Source of the DNA: Nitrosopumilaceae archaeon
GTDB lineage: Archaea; Thermoproteota; Nitrososphaeria; Nitrososphaerales; Nitrosopumilaceae
Direction of reading: 5' to 3'
Assembly: GCA_965209085.1 (NCBI GenBank)
Contig: OZ242376.1
Coordinates: forward strand, 480,001-544,000
DNA length: 64,000 nt
The position numbers and the translations under genes are program-made. The stretch's first letter is position 1. Each line of letters starts with the position of its first letter. The notes below the pieces were generated by a model. The model saw nothing but the letters and a program-made list of their open reading frames with translations, was not told the DNA's origin and searched no databases. This document shows, piece after piece, positions 20,378 to 30,562 of this stretch.

Positions 20378-21619
20378 ATGAAATACAAAGTTCGGGATAT
20401 TCGTCTTGCAAAAAAAGGCCAAATCTCGCACGAATGGGCAAAAAACCACATGCCCATATTGGAGAAAACACTGGCCAGATTTAGAAAAACAAAACCCCTC
20501 AAAGGAATTACAATTGGATTCTGCCTGCATATAACAAAAGAAACCTCAGTGTTGCTTTTGGGTGCAAAGGAGCTTGGAGCAACCGTGGCAGCATGCGGGG
20601 GAAACCCGCTTACCGCACAGGATGATATTGCAGCTTTTCTAGCCTCCAAAGGAATACACATTTACGCCTGGACAAAAGAGTCTGCAAAAGAATACGACTG
20701 GTGCATATCGCAAGTACTCTCGCACAAACCATCGATATTAGTTGATGATGGTGCGGACATGAACGTAATGGCGCATTTTGATAAAAAACACAAGGATTTG
20801 AAAATAATCGGTGCAACAGAAGAGACAACTGCCGGCGTAACGCGGATAAAAGCCATTGAGAAAAAAGGCAAGCTAAAGTATCCTGTCATAGTTGTAAATG
20901 ATGCACGGACAAAAAACATGTTTGACAATCGGTATGGAACAGGCCAGAGTACCATAGACGGATACCTGCGTGCCATGAACCTGCTCTTTGCATCAAAAAG
21001 AGTTGTTATTGCCGGGTATGGCTGGGTGGGACGCGGAGTGGCGCAGCGCTGCCGCGGAATGGGCTCCAAAGTTATACTTACGGAAGTGGATCCGGTAAAA
21101 GCGTTAGAGGCACACATGGACGGATACGAGGTAATGCCAATGGCACAAGCTGCAAAGATTGGTGATATCTTTGTTACGTGCACCGGCATGAGGGATATAA
21201 TAACAAAATCACACATCGGACTCATGAAGGATGGCGCAATATTGGGAAACGTGGGACACTTTGACATTGAAATTGATACAGAATATCTTTTAAAGAAATC
21301 AAAGTCTGTGCGGGAAGTGAGACCAAACCTTGATGAGTGTCTTCTTGCCGGCGGAAAGCGCGTCTATCTCATAGGTAAGGGCAGGCTTGCAAACCTGGTG
21401 GCAGCAGAAGGGCATCCCCCAGAGGTCATGGCTCAGTCTTTTTCAAATCAGATGATGTCCATAATGCACATACTCAAAAACCACAAAAAACTCCCACGCA
21501 CCCTCATAAAGGTGCCAGATGAGCTGGACAAACAGGTGGCAGTGGATGCACTAAAGGCAATGTCAGTTGGCATTGACAAACTTACTCCAAAGCAGATCGC
21601 ATACATGAATACCTGGTAG
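20378..21619 (+). CDS. ahcY: Adenosylhomocysteinase (copy 1)
   Basis: CLHITKET, DDGAD, EETTAG, FDNRYGTG, GYGWVG, GHFD. Confidence 0.96.
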   Translation: MKYKVRDIRLAKKGQISHEWAKNHMPILEKTLARFRKTKPLKGITIGFCLHITKETSVLLLGAKELGATVAACGGNPLTAQDDIAAFLASKGIHIYAWTKESAKEYDWCISQVLSHKPSILVDDGADMNVMAHFDKKHKDLKIIGATEETTAGVTRIKAIEKKGKLKYPVIVVNDARTKNMFDNRYGTGQSTIDGYLRAMNLLFASKRVVIAGYGWVGRGVAQRCRGMGSKVILTEVDPVKALEAHMDGYEVMPMAQAAKIGDIFVTCTGMRDIITKSHIGLMKDGAILGNVGHFDIEIDTEYLLKKSKSVREVRPNLDECLLAGGKRVYLIGKGRLANLVAAEGHPPEVMAQSFSNQMMSIMHILKNHKKLPRTLIKVPDELDKQVAVDALKAMSVGIDKLTPKQIAYMNTW

Positions 21620-21635
21620 GCAGCGGTGCTACCTA

Positions 21636-22862
21636 TTGGGTAAAATTAAAAATGCAAAACTTGCACCTTTTGGCATTATCTCATACGAATGGGCATCTGC
21701 CCACATGCCTGTTTTATCCGGTATAATTGCCACGTATGCAAAGGCAAAACCCCTCTTGGGAATCAAAGTGGGATTTTGTCTCCAGCTGACATCTGAGACT
21801 GCATCTCTTATCCTTGGAGCCAAGGCACTTGGTGCGCAAGTTTGTGCCTCATCTGGGAATCCATTGACTACAAATGATGCCATTGCTGCATATCTTGCCT
21901 CTGTGGGGGTGGACGTATACGGATGGTCGGGGCAGACATATGTTGAATTTGCAAAATGCGCCGATGATGTCATGTTTCAAAAACCTGACATTATAGCAGA
22001 TGATGGTGCTGAGCTTGCAGTGCGTGCACATAATGATGGACGATTTTCAAAATATAAGATTCTTGGGGGTACAGAGGAGACCACCACAGGAGTGCGCCGA
22101 ATCAATTCCATGCAAAGATGTAACCGCATACGTTTTCCCATAATGGCGGTAAATGATGCGGACACGAAACGAATGTTTGACAATCGATACGGAACAGGTC
22201 AGAGTACAGTTGATGCATTAATGCGTACAACCAGTCTTCTTTTTGCATCAAAGATAGCCGTTGTATGCGGTTATGGCTGGGTTGGGCGAGGAGTGGCAGA
22301 GCGGCTGCGTGCCATGGGGTGTAGGGTAATTGTTACAGAAGTTGATCCAATACGTGCACTGGAAGCTCATATGGACGGATATGATCAAATGCCAATGATG
22401 CAAGCTGCATCACGCGGGCAGATATTTGTAACATGCACAGGAGGATCTAAAGTCATAACTTTGAAACACATGAGGCGTATGCGCGATGGTGCCATACTGG
22501 CAAACGCCGGACATTTTGATGTGGAAATTGACATGACACCCCTTGGCCGGGGAAAGCCGGTACGGCCAGGCCTTGATGAGCATTCTTTTTTGGGCAAAAA
22601 AATCTATATCATATCCAAAGGGCGGGTTGCAAATCTAGCTGCAGCTGAAGGGCATCCGCCAGAAATCATGGACCTCTCTTTCTCAAACCATCTTTTGTGC
22701 ATATTGCATGTGTGCAAAAACGGGAAAAAAATGGCAAACCGCATCCACGGTGTGCCAAAAAACATAGACAATCTTGTGGCACGCTCTGCTTTGCAAGCAT
22801 CTGGGGTGAAAATAGACAAATTATCTGCAGAGCAAATCCGGTACGCATCCCAAATGTTATGA
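21636..22862 (+). CDS. ahcY: Adenosylhomocysteinase paralog (copy 2, His->Gln variant)
   Basis: Same motifs but CLQLTSET instead of CLHITKET; TTG start. Confidence 0.88.
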   Translation: MGKIKNAKLAPFGIISYEWASAHMPVLSGIIATYAKAKPLLGIKVGFCLQLTSETASLILGAKALGAQVCASSGNPLTTNDAIAAYLASVGVDVYGWSGQTYVEFAKCADDVMFQKPDIIADDGAELAVRAHNDGRFSKYKILGGTEETTTGVRRINSMQRCNRIRFPIMAVNDADTKRMFDNRYGTGQSTVDALMRTTSLLFASKIAVVCGYGWVGRGVAERLRAMGCRVIVTEVDPIRALEAHMDGYDQMPMMQAASRGQIFVTCTGGSKVITLKHMRRMRDGAILANAGHFDVEIDMTPLGRGKPVRPGLDEHSFLGKKIYIISKGRVANLAAAEGHPPEIMDLSFSNHLLCILHVCKNGKKMANRIHGVPKNIDNLVARSALQASGVKIDKLSAEQIRYASQML

Positions 22863-22875
22863 CTATAAAGCAATA

Positions 22876-24534
22876 TTGCATATGTTATACATGAGGGATA
22901 GGGCAATCATAACCAGCGCTTTACCGTATGCAAACGGCGAGATACATCTGGGACACGTGGCATCCACCTATATTCCGGCCGATGTAATGACCCGATTTTT
23001 GAGACTAAAGGGTGTCGAGGCATATTACGTGTGCGCCTCTGATGATTACGGAACGCCAATACTGGTCCAGTCTGAAAAAGAGGGCAAAACTCCCCAAGAG
23101 TATGCCGGATACTGGAACGGCCGCGATGCTGAAGATTTTGCAGCACTTGATATAAAATTTGATTTATTTTACCGTACAAGCTCGCCTGAAAATATAAAAT
23201 TCGTCCAGGATGTATTTTGTAAATTGCAGGATGCGGGCCATATTTATGAAAAAGATGTGGTACAGTTTTACTGTGAAAATGATAAAAAATTCCTGCCTGA
23301 CCGGTACGTAAAGGGAACATGCCCTTACTGCAAAGCTGATGATCAGTATTCGGATTTGTGTGAAAAATGCGGCAGAGTTCCTGAAGAGATATTGGATCCA
23401 AAATGCAGCATCTGCTCCCGCCCTCCTGTGAAAAAATCCTCGTCGCATTATTTTTTCCGATTGGGAAGTTTTGCAGACAAACTTGAGTCATGGTTGGAGT
23501 CAAACAAAAACCTCCAGTCTGATGTTAAAAAATACGTACAAAACTGGATAAAATCCGGACTGGAAGACTGGGATATAACTCGGGATATTCCATGGGGCGT
23601 GCCGGTTCCGGGTTCTGAAAACAAGGTCTTTTACGGATGGTTTGACAATCATTTGGCCTATATCTCAACTGCAGTAAAGATGCTTGAATCCAAAGGGTAT
23701 GACGGATCCGAATTTTGGAATTCATCTGACATTTATCATTTTATCGGCAAAGATATCGTATACCATCACTATCTGTTTTTGCCGGCAATGCGGATGGGTC
23801 TTGGCGATGCGTACCGACTGCCTGATTATATCCCAACACGCGGACATCTTACCTTGCAGTCCCGCAAGATATCCAAAAGCCGCAACTGGTATATCGGCTT
23901 GAGGGAATTTTTAAAATACTATCCTGCCGATTATCTGCGGTTTTACCTTGTAGCAATAAACCCGTACACGCAAGATGATCTGAATTTTGACTGGGATGAT
24001 TTTATGACAAAGATAAACTCTGAATTAATCGGCAATGCCGGCAATTTGGTAAATCGGGCTTTGGGATTTACAAAGAAAACCTTTGGCGGGGTGGTGCCAA
24101 AACCTGAACATGTGGATGAGGCTGATAAAAAAGCCGAGATGCAGTTTGATGCATTTGCAGAGCAGACAGGTGCGCTTTTGACGCAAAATCATTTGGATCG
24201 GGCTCTAAAGCGCATATTGGAGTTTTCTGCATACTTTAACCAGTATTTTCAGCATAAAGAACCCTGGAAGGGTGAATCTGAGACGTGCGTGTACATGTCT
24301 GTAAACGCTGTCAGGTCAATGGCTATAGCACTCTGCCCGTTTTTGCCCTCATCTGCGCAGAAAATATGGGATCAGCTTGGATTGGATGGTACAGTCTCTG
24401 AGCAGGGCTGGGATGCGATATCAAAATTTGGAGTATTAGAGGGACACAAGATAGGCGACCCTACACCAATCTTTGCCAAAGTGGATGCAGACGATATAAA
24501 AGAATACAAGAAAAAATTCACTGGACATATTTGA
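22876..24534 (+). CDS. metG: Methionyl-tRNA synthetase
   Basis: ALPYANG-HLGH, zinc knuckles, KISKS. Confidence 0.97.
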   Translation: MHMLYMRDRAIITSALPYANGEIHLGHVASTYIPADVMTRFLRLKGVEAYYVCASDDYGTPILVQSEKEGKTPQEYAGYWNGRDAEDFAALDIKFDLFYRTSSPENIKFVQDVFCKLQDAGHIYEKDVVQFYCENDKKFLPDRYVKGTCPYCKADDQYSDLCEKCGRVPEEILDPKCSICSRPPVKKSSSHYFFRLGSFADKLESWLESNKNLQSDVKKYVQNWIKSGLEDWDITRDIPWGVPVPGSENKVFYGWFDNHLAYISTAVKMLESKGYDGSEFWNSSDIYHFIGKDIVYHHYLFLPAMRMGLGDAYRLPDYIPTRGHLTLQSRKISKSRNWYIGLREFLKYYPADYLRFYLVAINPYTQDDLNFDWDDFMTKINSELIGNAGNLVNRALGFTKKTFGGVVPKPEHVDEADKKAEMQFDAFAEQTGALLTQNHLDRALKRILEFSAYFNQYFQHKEPWKGESETCVYMSVNAVRSMAIALCPFLPSSAQKIWDQLGLDGTVSEQGWDAISKFGVLEGHKIGDPTPIFAKVDADDIKEYKKKFTGHI

Positions 24535-24636
24535 TAACTTCTGGTGTCATGAAATCAAGGAATTTGGATGGATGTTTGCGTTGATCATATTTTGATTGAA
24601 TGCCAATTAATCTTTAGATCTAATGGGAATACATTG

Positions 24637-24955
24637 CTATTTTAAAGATTTTTTGATTACTGGATGTACATCTATACCATACCTTGGCTCACCGTCATTA
24701 GTATAATGGCTGGATTTAGACACGCTATCTGACACAGTTTTTATACCTATGGACATTCTTTTGTTTATATAGTAAACACTAAACTTTTCTTTCAACACCT
24801 CAAATTTCACATTCTCTATGATTATATTTTCATCTAGATCATCTGATGTTACATTTTTAAATTTTAAAGGTTTACGGTATTTTTTTGATTGTGATTTGAC
24901 GTGGTAAGCTGACAGTCCTTGAAAAATCCATATTCGTATATATATACTGAAAAGT
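24637..24955 (-). pseudogene. Start-less or frameshifted ~100-codon ORF of an uncharacterised small archaeal family
   Basis: Manual translation ...ENVKFEVLKEKFSVYYINKRMSIGIKTVSDSVSKSSHYTNDGEPRYGIDVHPVIKKSLK*; no in-frame ATG at the 5' end; AT-rich. Confidence 0.5.
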
Positions 24956-25001
24956 TTACAGCACCACTTGACATTCTAGTTAAATACTGTATTGTGTTTG
25001 C

Positions 25002-25757
25002 ATGTATGTGAATGAAAAAATTCCCCGTGTTTCAACGCGGGGACGTTTTGATCTCTTAAACGGAAAATCCATTGCCGGCCGCTCAGCATATACATTGTAC
25101 CCTGTGCGCTCTTTTGATGCCATTTATGGCAGTACCGAGGTGGCAGTAATGGTGCACGGATTACGAAACAATCCTGCAGGAGCCATTGAAAAATTTATCC
25201 TGGCAAAACGCCGCCTGCGAAAACTCAGATACGTGCATCCTGTTGTGGGATTCTCATATGATTCAAACACGCGTGGTGCACATGTGAGAAAAACCCAAAT
25301 GAGGGCACTGCGTGCCGGCCAGCGCATAGCAAAATATAATGGAAAAAATCTTGCACAATTTATTGTTGATTTTCACTCTAAAAGTCCAAAGACAAAATTC
25401 CGTCTTTTGGGCCACTCGCTTGGCTCTGAGGTAATATACAATACCCTGCTGCATCTTGATAAACTTGGAAAATCCCATCTAGTTTTGGCAACTTATTTCT
25501 TTGGAGCATCAGTCCCCTCTAATGTCGTATACATAAAGTCTGCAAATTTGGCAATACTGAAATTACCAGGTAAAATAATAAACTATTACAATCCAAATGA
25601 TGAGGTTTTACGTGAGGCAGTTGATGATGCAGACATTCGCGAGCCTCTCGGACTTGGAGTGTCCCGAAAAACTGTCCCAAAATACGTGCAAAAACGTGTC
25701 AAATCAAAAAACCACAGATTTGCAAGCTATATGCTCACGCTTGGCAAATTTCCATAA
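25002..25757 (+). CDS. Alpha/beta-hydrolase fold protein (DUF726/DUF900-like)
   Basis: VHG, GHSLG nucleophile elbow, D-x-VL, C-terminal His. Confidence 0.8.
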   Translation: MYVNEKIPRVSTRGRFDLLNGKSIAGRSAYTLYPVRSFDAIYGSTEVAVMVHGLRNNPAGAIEKFILAKRRLRKLRYVHPVVGFSYDSNTRGAHVRKTQMRALRAGQRIAKYNGKNLAQFIVDFHSKSPKTKFRLLGHSLGSEVIYNTLLHLDKLGKSHLVLATYFFGASVPSNVVYIKSANLAILKLPGKIINYYNPNDEVLREAVDDADIREPLGLGVSRKTVPKYVQKRVKSKNHRFASYMLTLGKFP

Positions 25758-25798
25758 TCTACACATGGTTAAATTATGCATAAAAAAACCGAATCTAA

Positions 25799-26731
25799 AT
25801 GGACTCTGTAAATTTCTCCATGCTAGGCGATCCGGAGATTGCCTCATTGTTTGGAAAAAAAGGAACATCCACGGATCTTACCCTATATGATAAGAAAGAA
25901 TCCGGAATAATACGCACATGGGTTGCACCAAACGGATTTCCAGAAAAAATACAGCCCCTGATGCAGGCCATAAATTTGGCCGAATACGCCCTGGTGAATA
26001 TTTCAACATTGGACAAATTTGCCGGCGAGATTGTAATCTCTTTGGATATTTTGCAAAAACGTCACGGAGTACTATTGCATACATACGAGGTGGATGAGGG
26101 ACGCCTTGAATCCATGATATCTGGAACAGTGCTTGAAAAATACCAAAGATCTGATGCAGACAATGTACACAAAGCGCTTGCACAATTCAAACCTGTTTCA
26201 TGTGATGGTCCAAGTCGCGTAATCATTGATCATTGTTTTGATGTAAAGGGGGCCGGAACCGTGGTTTTAGGTAAAGTTGAATCGGGGATGATAAAACAGT
26301 ATGATGAGCTGACACTATTGCCGTCCGGCTCCAAAGTCATGGTAAAATCAATACAAATGCACGATGATCCTGCAACAGAGGCACACTCTCCGGCACGCGT
26401 GGGACTCTCGATAAAAGGCGCTGATGTTGATGAGATATCACGCGGTGACATGCTGTGCGCCGGTGAGCTGCCAACTATTGGACTTGGGGTGCAACTTGAT
26501 TTTACAAAAAACAAATTCTACAAAGGCGAGCATACTGTAGGGCAGATGTGTCTTGTAAGCATTGGCATGCAGATACGGCCTGCAAAATTCTCCTCTATAG
26601 ATCCTGTAAAGCTTGTCTTTGAGAAACCTGCAGTATGTGAAAAAGAGCAGATATGCATCATACTAAAACCCGAATCTGAAACTGTAAGGATTCTAGGCTC
26701 AGGTAAAATACGGGCAATAGATACGCAATGA
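25799..26731 (+). CDS. EF-Tu/SelB-like protein with degenerate GTPase domain
   Basis: GKKGTSTD, IDHCFDVKGAGTVVLG, VKSIQMHD. Confidence 0.85.
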   Translation: MDSVNFSMLGDPEIASLFGKKGTSTDLTLYDKKESGIIRTWVAPNGFPEKIQPLMQAINLAEYALVNISTLDKFAGEIVISLDILQKRHGVLLHTYEVDEGRLESMISGTVLEKYQRSDADNVHKALAQFKPVSCDGPSRVIIDHCFDVKGAGTVVLGKVESGMIKQYDELTLLPSGSKVMVKSIQMHDDPATEAHSPARVGLSIKGADVDEISRGDMLCAGELPTIGLGVQLDFTKNKFYKGEHTVGQMCLVSIGMQIRPAKFSSIDPVKLVFEKPAVCEKEQICIILKPESETVRILGSGKIRAIDTQ

Positions 26732-26850
26732 TGAAGCCAAAACGGTCGTGCCCCGTATGTAGGTCGTGCGGCGGGCACAAATTTGAACGTCTCAAAGATA
26801 ACGGTACTTTAGTTCGATGTACCTCGTGCGGTCTTGAGGTTCGCATATGA
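26728..26850 (+). CDS. Unannotated 40-aa zinc-ribbon microprotein
   Basis: MMKPKRSCPVCRSCGGHKFERLKDNGTLVRCTSCGLEVRI*; ATGA overlaps with both neighbours. Confidence 0.7.
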   Translation: MMKPKRSCPVCRSCGGHKFERLKDNGTLVRCTSCGLEVRI

Positions 26851-28112
26851 GCGATGGGCAGCGGTATACACTAGGCTCGATATACCTGGTAAATTTTTTT
26901 GGAACCTTGGGATTTAGCATTGTATTCCCGTTTTTGGTCTTTCTCAACCTTGAATTTGGCGGGGATTCGTTTCTCTTTGGCATGATGCTTGCAGTATATT
27001 CGTTATTTCAGATACCAGGAGCTGCCATTTTGGGCAAACTTTCTGATAAGATTGGCCGCAGAAAAGTGCTCTTGGCAAGCCACATGGGAACTGTCTGCTC
27101 GTGGGGCATATACATTTTGGCGCTGCTAGTCCCTCTGATCCCGCTGTATCATGTAACCTCTGGGATTGCCACATTTACCCTCACACTCCCGCTTTTGCTG
27201 TTGTTTATCGCCCGCGGTTTTGATGGGCTCACGGGCGGAAACGTGGCAGTTGCAAACGCGTATCTTGTTGATATCTCATCAAAAAATACAATTACTGCTA
27301 GACTTGGAAAAAATTCACTAGTCTCTGATTTGGGTCTGATTATAGGACCTATAATTGGCGGAACATTGGGATCAATTCTCTCAGGGACCGAAGCTCAAAA
27401 GGCAATTTTACCAGTTGCCACAACACTTGTGATTTCAGCTGCTGCCCTGTTTGTAATATTTCGTCTAAGAGAATCCCCGCTCTTTGCAAAAATAAAAGAT
27501 AACTCATCATCTATAAAATGTATAAAACCTAAACTTGCAGACGTACTGGCAGTTCCAAAGGTTTTACAGACGATGGGGATATTTTTTGTTTTAATCTTTA
27601 CACTTGGGCTTTTCATTACCATTTTGCCGCTGCATACACAGGTGGAACTTGACTGGTCTGCATTGGATATTGCAATTTTATTTGCAATATTTGGTCTTGC
27701 ACTGGTGGTTACAGAAGGACCTGTGATATCTAGGCTCTCAAATAAAATATCCGATATTGGGATTGGACTGGCAGGACTTGGAATTATCGCGTTAGGGTAT
27801 GGTATGTTTGCACTGGGGGGTGTGATTTACTGGTATTTTCTAGCAGCTGTACCGTTTGCCATAGGCTTGGGACTTGCCGCCACAGCGTTTCATGCATTTG
27901 CTACAAAACTTGCACCAGATCACCTCCAGGGTACACTGCAGGGGGCTTTGACTATGACTGATGCCATTGGTGCAGTATTTGGTCTCATGTTAGGCGGTAT
28001 TTTGTACGGGTTGATTGGAGCATATTGGATATACGTCATGATGGCAGCAGCTGCTGTACTGTTAATTCCATTTTCTGTATTTTTGCGGGGTATCTCTAAA
28101 AATGATGGTTAA
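26847..28112 (+). CDS. MFS transporter (TetA/DHA1-like)
   Basis: GKLSDKIGRRKVL motif A, about 12 TM segments. Confidence 0.92.
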   Translation: MSDGQRYTLGSIYLVNFFGTLGFSIVFPFLVFLNLEFGGDSFLFGMMLAVYSLFQIPGAAILGKLSDKIGRRKVLLASHMGTVCSWGIYILALLVPLIPLYHVTSGIATFTLTLPLLLLFIARGFDGLTGGNVAVANAYLVDISSKNTITARLGKNSLVSDLGLIIGPIIGGTLGSILSGTEAQKAILPVATTLVISAAALFVIFRLRESPLFAKIKDNSSSIKCIKPKLADVLAVPKVLQTMGIFFVLIFTLGLFITILPLHTQVELDWSALDIAILFAIFGLALVVTEGPVISRLSNKISDIGIGLAGLGIIALGYGMFALGGVIYWYFLAAVPFAIGLGLAATAFHAFATKLAPDHLQGTLQGALTMTDAIGAVFGLMLGGILYGLIGAYWIYVMMAAAAVLLIPFSVFLRGISKNDG

Positions 28113-28140
28113 TATTTGATGGATTGTGCAATGTGCGTAT

Positions 28141-29139
28141 ATGGCAAAAACATGGAAGGATGAGCAGATTAGCCTTGATTCGATAAAGGGTGAAAAGATT
28201 GCAGTAATCGGCTATGGAATACAGGGCAGTGCTCAGGCCTCCAACATGAAAGATTCCGGCCTTGATGTCATAGTTGGTTTAAACAAAGATGGCAAATCCT
28301 GGGCAAAAGCTGAGTCAGAGGGGCATACTGTCTTTGAGGTCTCAGAGGCATGTGCCAAAGCTGACATTATTCACGTACTGATACCGGACATGGTTCAGGC
28401 AAAGACGTTCAAAGAAAAGATTGCACCGCATCTCTCAGATGGTAATGCGCTATCATTTTCGCATGCTGCAGCAATACACTGGAGATGGATAGATGCGCCT
28501 GAAAATGTAGATGTGATAATGGTAGCCCCAAAGGGTCCAGGTTCCAAAGTGCGCGAGACATACCTTGATGGATTTGGAACCCCCTCCATAGTGGCAGTAC
28601 AGCAGGATCATACAGGTAAGGCATGGGATAGGACGCTTGGAATTGCAAAGGCAATTGGCAGTGCGCGGGCCGGACTGATAAAGACAACGTTTCAAGAAGA
28701 GGTTGAAACTGACTGGTTTGGAGAGCAAGCTGACCTATGTGGCGGTTCTGCATCAATGGTAATGAATGCGTTTGAAACTTTGGTGGAATCCGGATACCAG
28801 CCAGAGATTGCATACTTTGAGGTACTGCACGAGCTTAAACTGATTGTAGATATGATACAGCGTTACGGCATTGGCGGAATGTACCGCCGTGTAAGTGAGA
28901 CTGCAAGATTTGGCGGATTGACCCGCGGACCAATGGTGATGGATGCTGAATGCAAAAACCGCATGAAAAAAATAATTGAAATGATAAAGGATGGCACGTT
29001 TAACTCTGAATGGACCAGCGAATATGAGAAAAACGGCAAGGATGCATTTGAGCGCCACATGAGGGTGATTGATTCACACCAGATTGAAAAAGTTGGAAAA
29101 GAGATGCGCAAAATGATGTGGCCAGATTCCACAGAATAG
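28141..29139 (+). CDS. ilvC: Ketol-acid reductoisomerase
   Basis: GYGIQG, APKGPG, ETDWFGEQ, HELKLIVD. Confidence 0.96.
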   Translation: MAKTWKDEQISLDSIKGEKIAVIGYGIQGSAQASNMKDSGLDVIVGLNKDGKSWAKAESEGHTVFEVSEACAKADIIHVLIPDMVQAKTFKEKIAPHLSDGNALSFSHAAAIHWRWIDAPENVDVIMVAPKGPGSKVRETYLDGFGTPSIVAVQQDHTGKAWDRTLGIAKAIGSARAGLIKTTFQEEVETDWFGEQADLCGGSASMVMNAFETLVESGYQPEIAYFEVLHELKLIVDMIQRYGIGGMYRRVSETARFGGLTRGPMVMDAECKNRMKKIIEMIKDGTFNSEWTSEYEKNGKDAFERHMRVIDSHQIEKVGKEMRKMMWPDSTE

Positions 29140-29143
29140 ATGT

Positions 29144-29572
29144 TTATTTTTTAGCTAGTTTTTTAACGCCATTGTTTACATAGTCTATGATATCCATCAG
29201 GGATGTTCCAGGTCCAAATACCTCGCTAATGCCGGCTTTTTTTAATGCTTTTTTATCCTCATCCGGTATTACTCCTCCTCCGACTACAAGGACATTTTTT
29301 ATTCTTTTTTTCTTCATCTCTTTGATAACCCGCGGGAATAATGTACCGTGTGCGCCATTTAACAAACTTAGTGCAATGACGTTGACATCTTCATCTTCGG
29401 CAATTCTAGCTACCCTCTCTGGCGTTGCAAAAAGGCCAGAATACACAACTTCCATGCCCGCATCCCGAAAAGCCTTACATAAGACTAATGCCCCGCGGTC
29501 ATGACCGTCTAATCCAAGCTTTGCCACGAGTATTTTCAGCGGATGTGACTGTGTTTTTTGCTTTGTACCCAT
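29144..29572 (-). CDS. mcmB: Methylmalonyl-CoA mutase small (B12-binding) subunit
   Basis: KLGLDGHDRGA (DxHxxG), GGGVIP; likely start ATG 29572. Confidence 0.93.
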   Translation of the reverse strand: MGTKQKTQSHPLKILVAKLGLDGHDRGALVLCKAFRDAGMEVVYSGLFATPERVARIAEDEDVNVIALSLLNGAHGTLFPRVIKEMKKKRIKNVLVVGGGVIPDEDKKALKKAGISEVFGPGTSLMDIIDYVNNGVKKLAKK

Positions 29573-29764
29573 GAATGTATGTGATATGTGCCCATTTATT
29601 TGATTTGTGTTATGTTTTTGAGAACATCCGCATACATTAATTCGTGCCTTGCATACTGTAAAATGAATATTAGACCGTACACAGCAACACGCCAAAGTTC
29701 ATGAGTGTTTGGTCATCCATGTACTATCGAATTGAGATTATTTTAGCGCACGAACTTTTGCGTG

Positions 29765-29841
29765 TAACTATACATAATTGATTGAATTCACAATTTTTAT
29801 GAATAAAAATGATTGATTTGAATGATTATGTACAAAATCTA
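29765..29841 (+). mobile_element. Degenerate ~80-bp MITE copy
   Basis: Aligns with 55673-55751 and with the reverse complement of 55019-55091 (AATTCACAATTTTTA.GA..AAAAATGA..GATTTGAA.GATTAT). Confidence 0.7.
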
Positions 29842-29866
29842 ATGTACTGATCTCTTAAATAATTCT

Positions 29867-30559
29867 TCATTTTTCATCACTATTGTATTTTTTTAGTAAT
29901 TCAATAATAGTTCTTCGATCCCATAGTATTACGTTATTAATTTTTGCTAGCTCTCTTGCAGATAATGTAAAAAATGAATTTGTCACCACTAATCCTTTAT
30001 CTGCATTATAATATTTTATTGCCCCGAAAACTTCTTGAACGGCCTTGTTTGTAACTTTTCTATTTATGGAGTAATTTTTTGCTTGAATGATTATTTTTTC
30101 ATCATTATGATATGTCAAAATATCTCCACCTTGATCTCCTTTTTGACCCGTTATTTGAGTATCTGTATATCCATTAATATCTAATAATTTTTTCATAAAT
30201 ATTTCAAATTCAGCTCCACTAAGCATGTCCACATCATAAATTTTGTATTCGTTAGATGATGTATTATCATCAGATTTTGTTATTGTTGGATTATAATTAG
30301 ATCTTATGAAATTTATTTTGCGAGTTGATATTTCATTATTCACAAAATCCAATAATTTTTTTGAGTCTAGTTGCTTTCCAATCAATTCTTCACCAATAAT
30401 TATTTTTGCGAATTTTTTTTTGTTCTTGTCTATTGAATCAGAAAACTCGTTGAGAAAATGAGGTAAAATATGTGACATTTTCTTTTCACCTGTAAACGTA
30501 TTCCAAAATTTATACACAAAATCATTTTCAATTTCAGGTTGTTTTTTATTAATGGACAT
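29867..30559 (-). CDS. Mrr-type (Mrr_cat) restriction endonuclease
   Basis: SGAEFE...GDQGGD...IIQAK...AVQEV...VVTNSFFT.SA.ELA. Confidence 0.9.
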   Translation of the reverse strand: MSINKKQPEIENDFVYKFWNTFTGEKKMSHILPHFLNEFSDSIDKNKKKFAKIIIGEELIGKQLDSKKLLDFVNNEISTRKINFIRSNYNPTITKSDDNTSSNEYKIYDVDMLSGAEFEIFMKKLLDINGYTDTQITGQKGDQGGDILTYHNDEKIIIQAKNYSINRKVTNKAVQEVFGAIKYYNADKGLVVTNSFFTLSARELAKINNVILWDRRTIIELLKKYNSDEK

Positions 30560-30562
30560 AAT

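Noticed and set aside
25799-26731. Selenocysteine machinery (SelB)
   Set aside because: Degenerate G-domain typical of the widespread archaeal EF-Tu-like paralog; no other Sec features seen.
29573-29695. N-terminal extension of mcmB in the ORF track
   Set aside because: It runs into promoter/MITE DNA; ATG 29572 gives a normal-length subunit.
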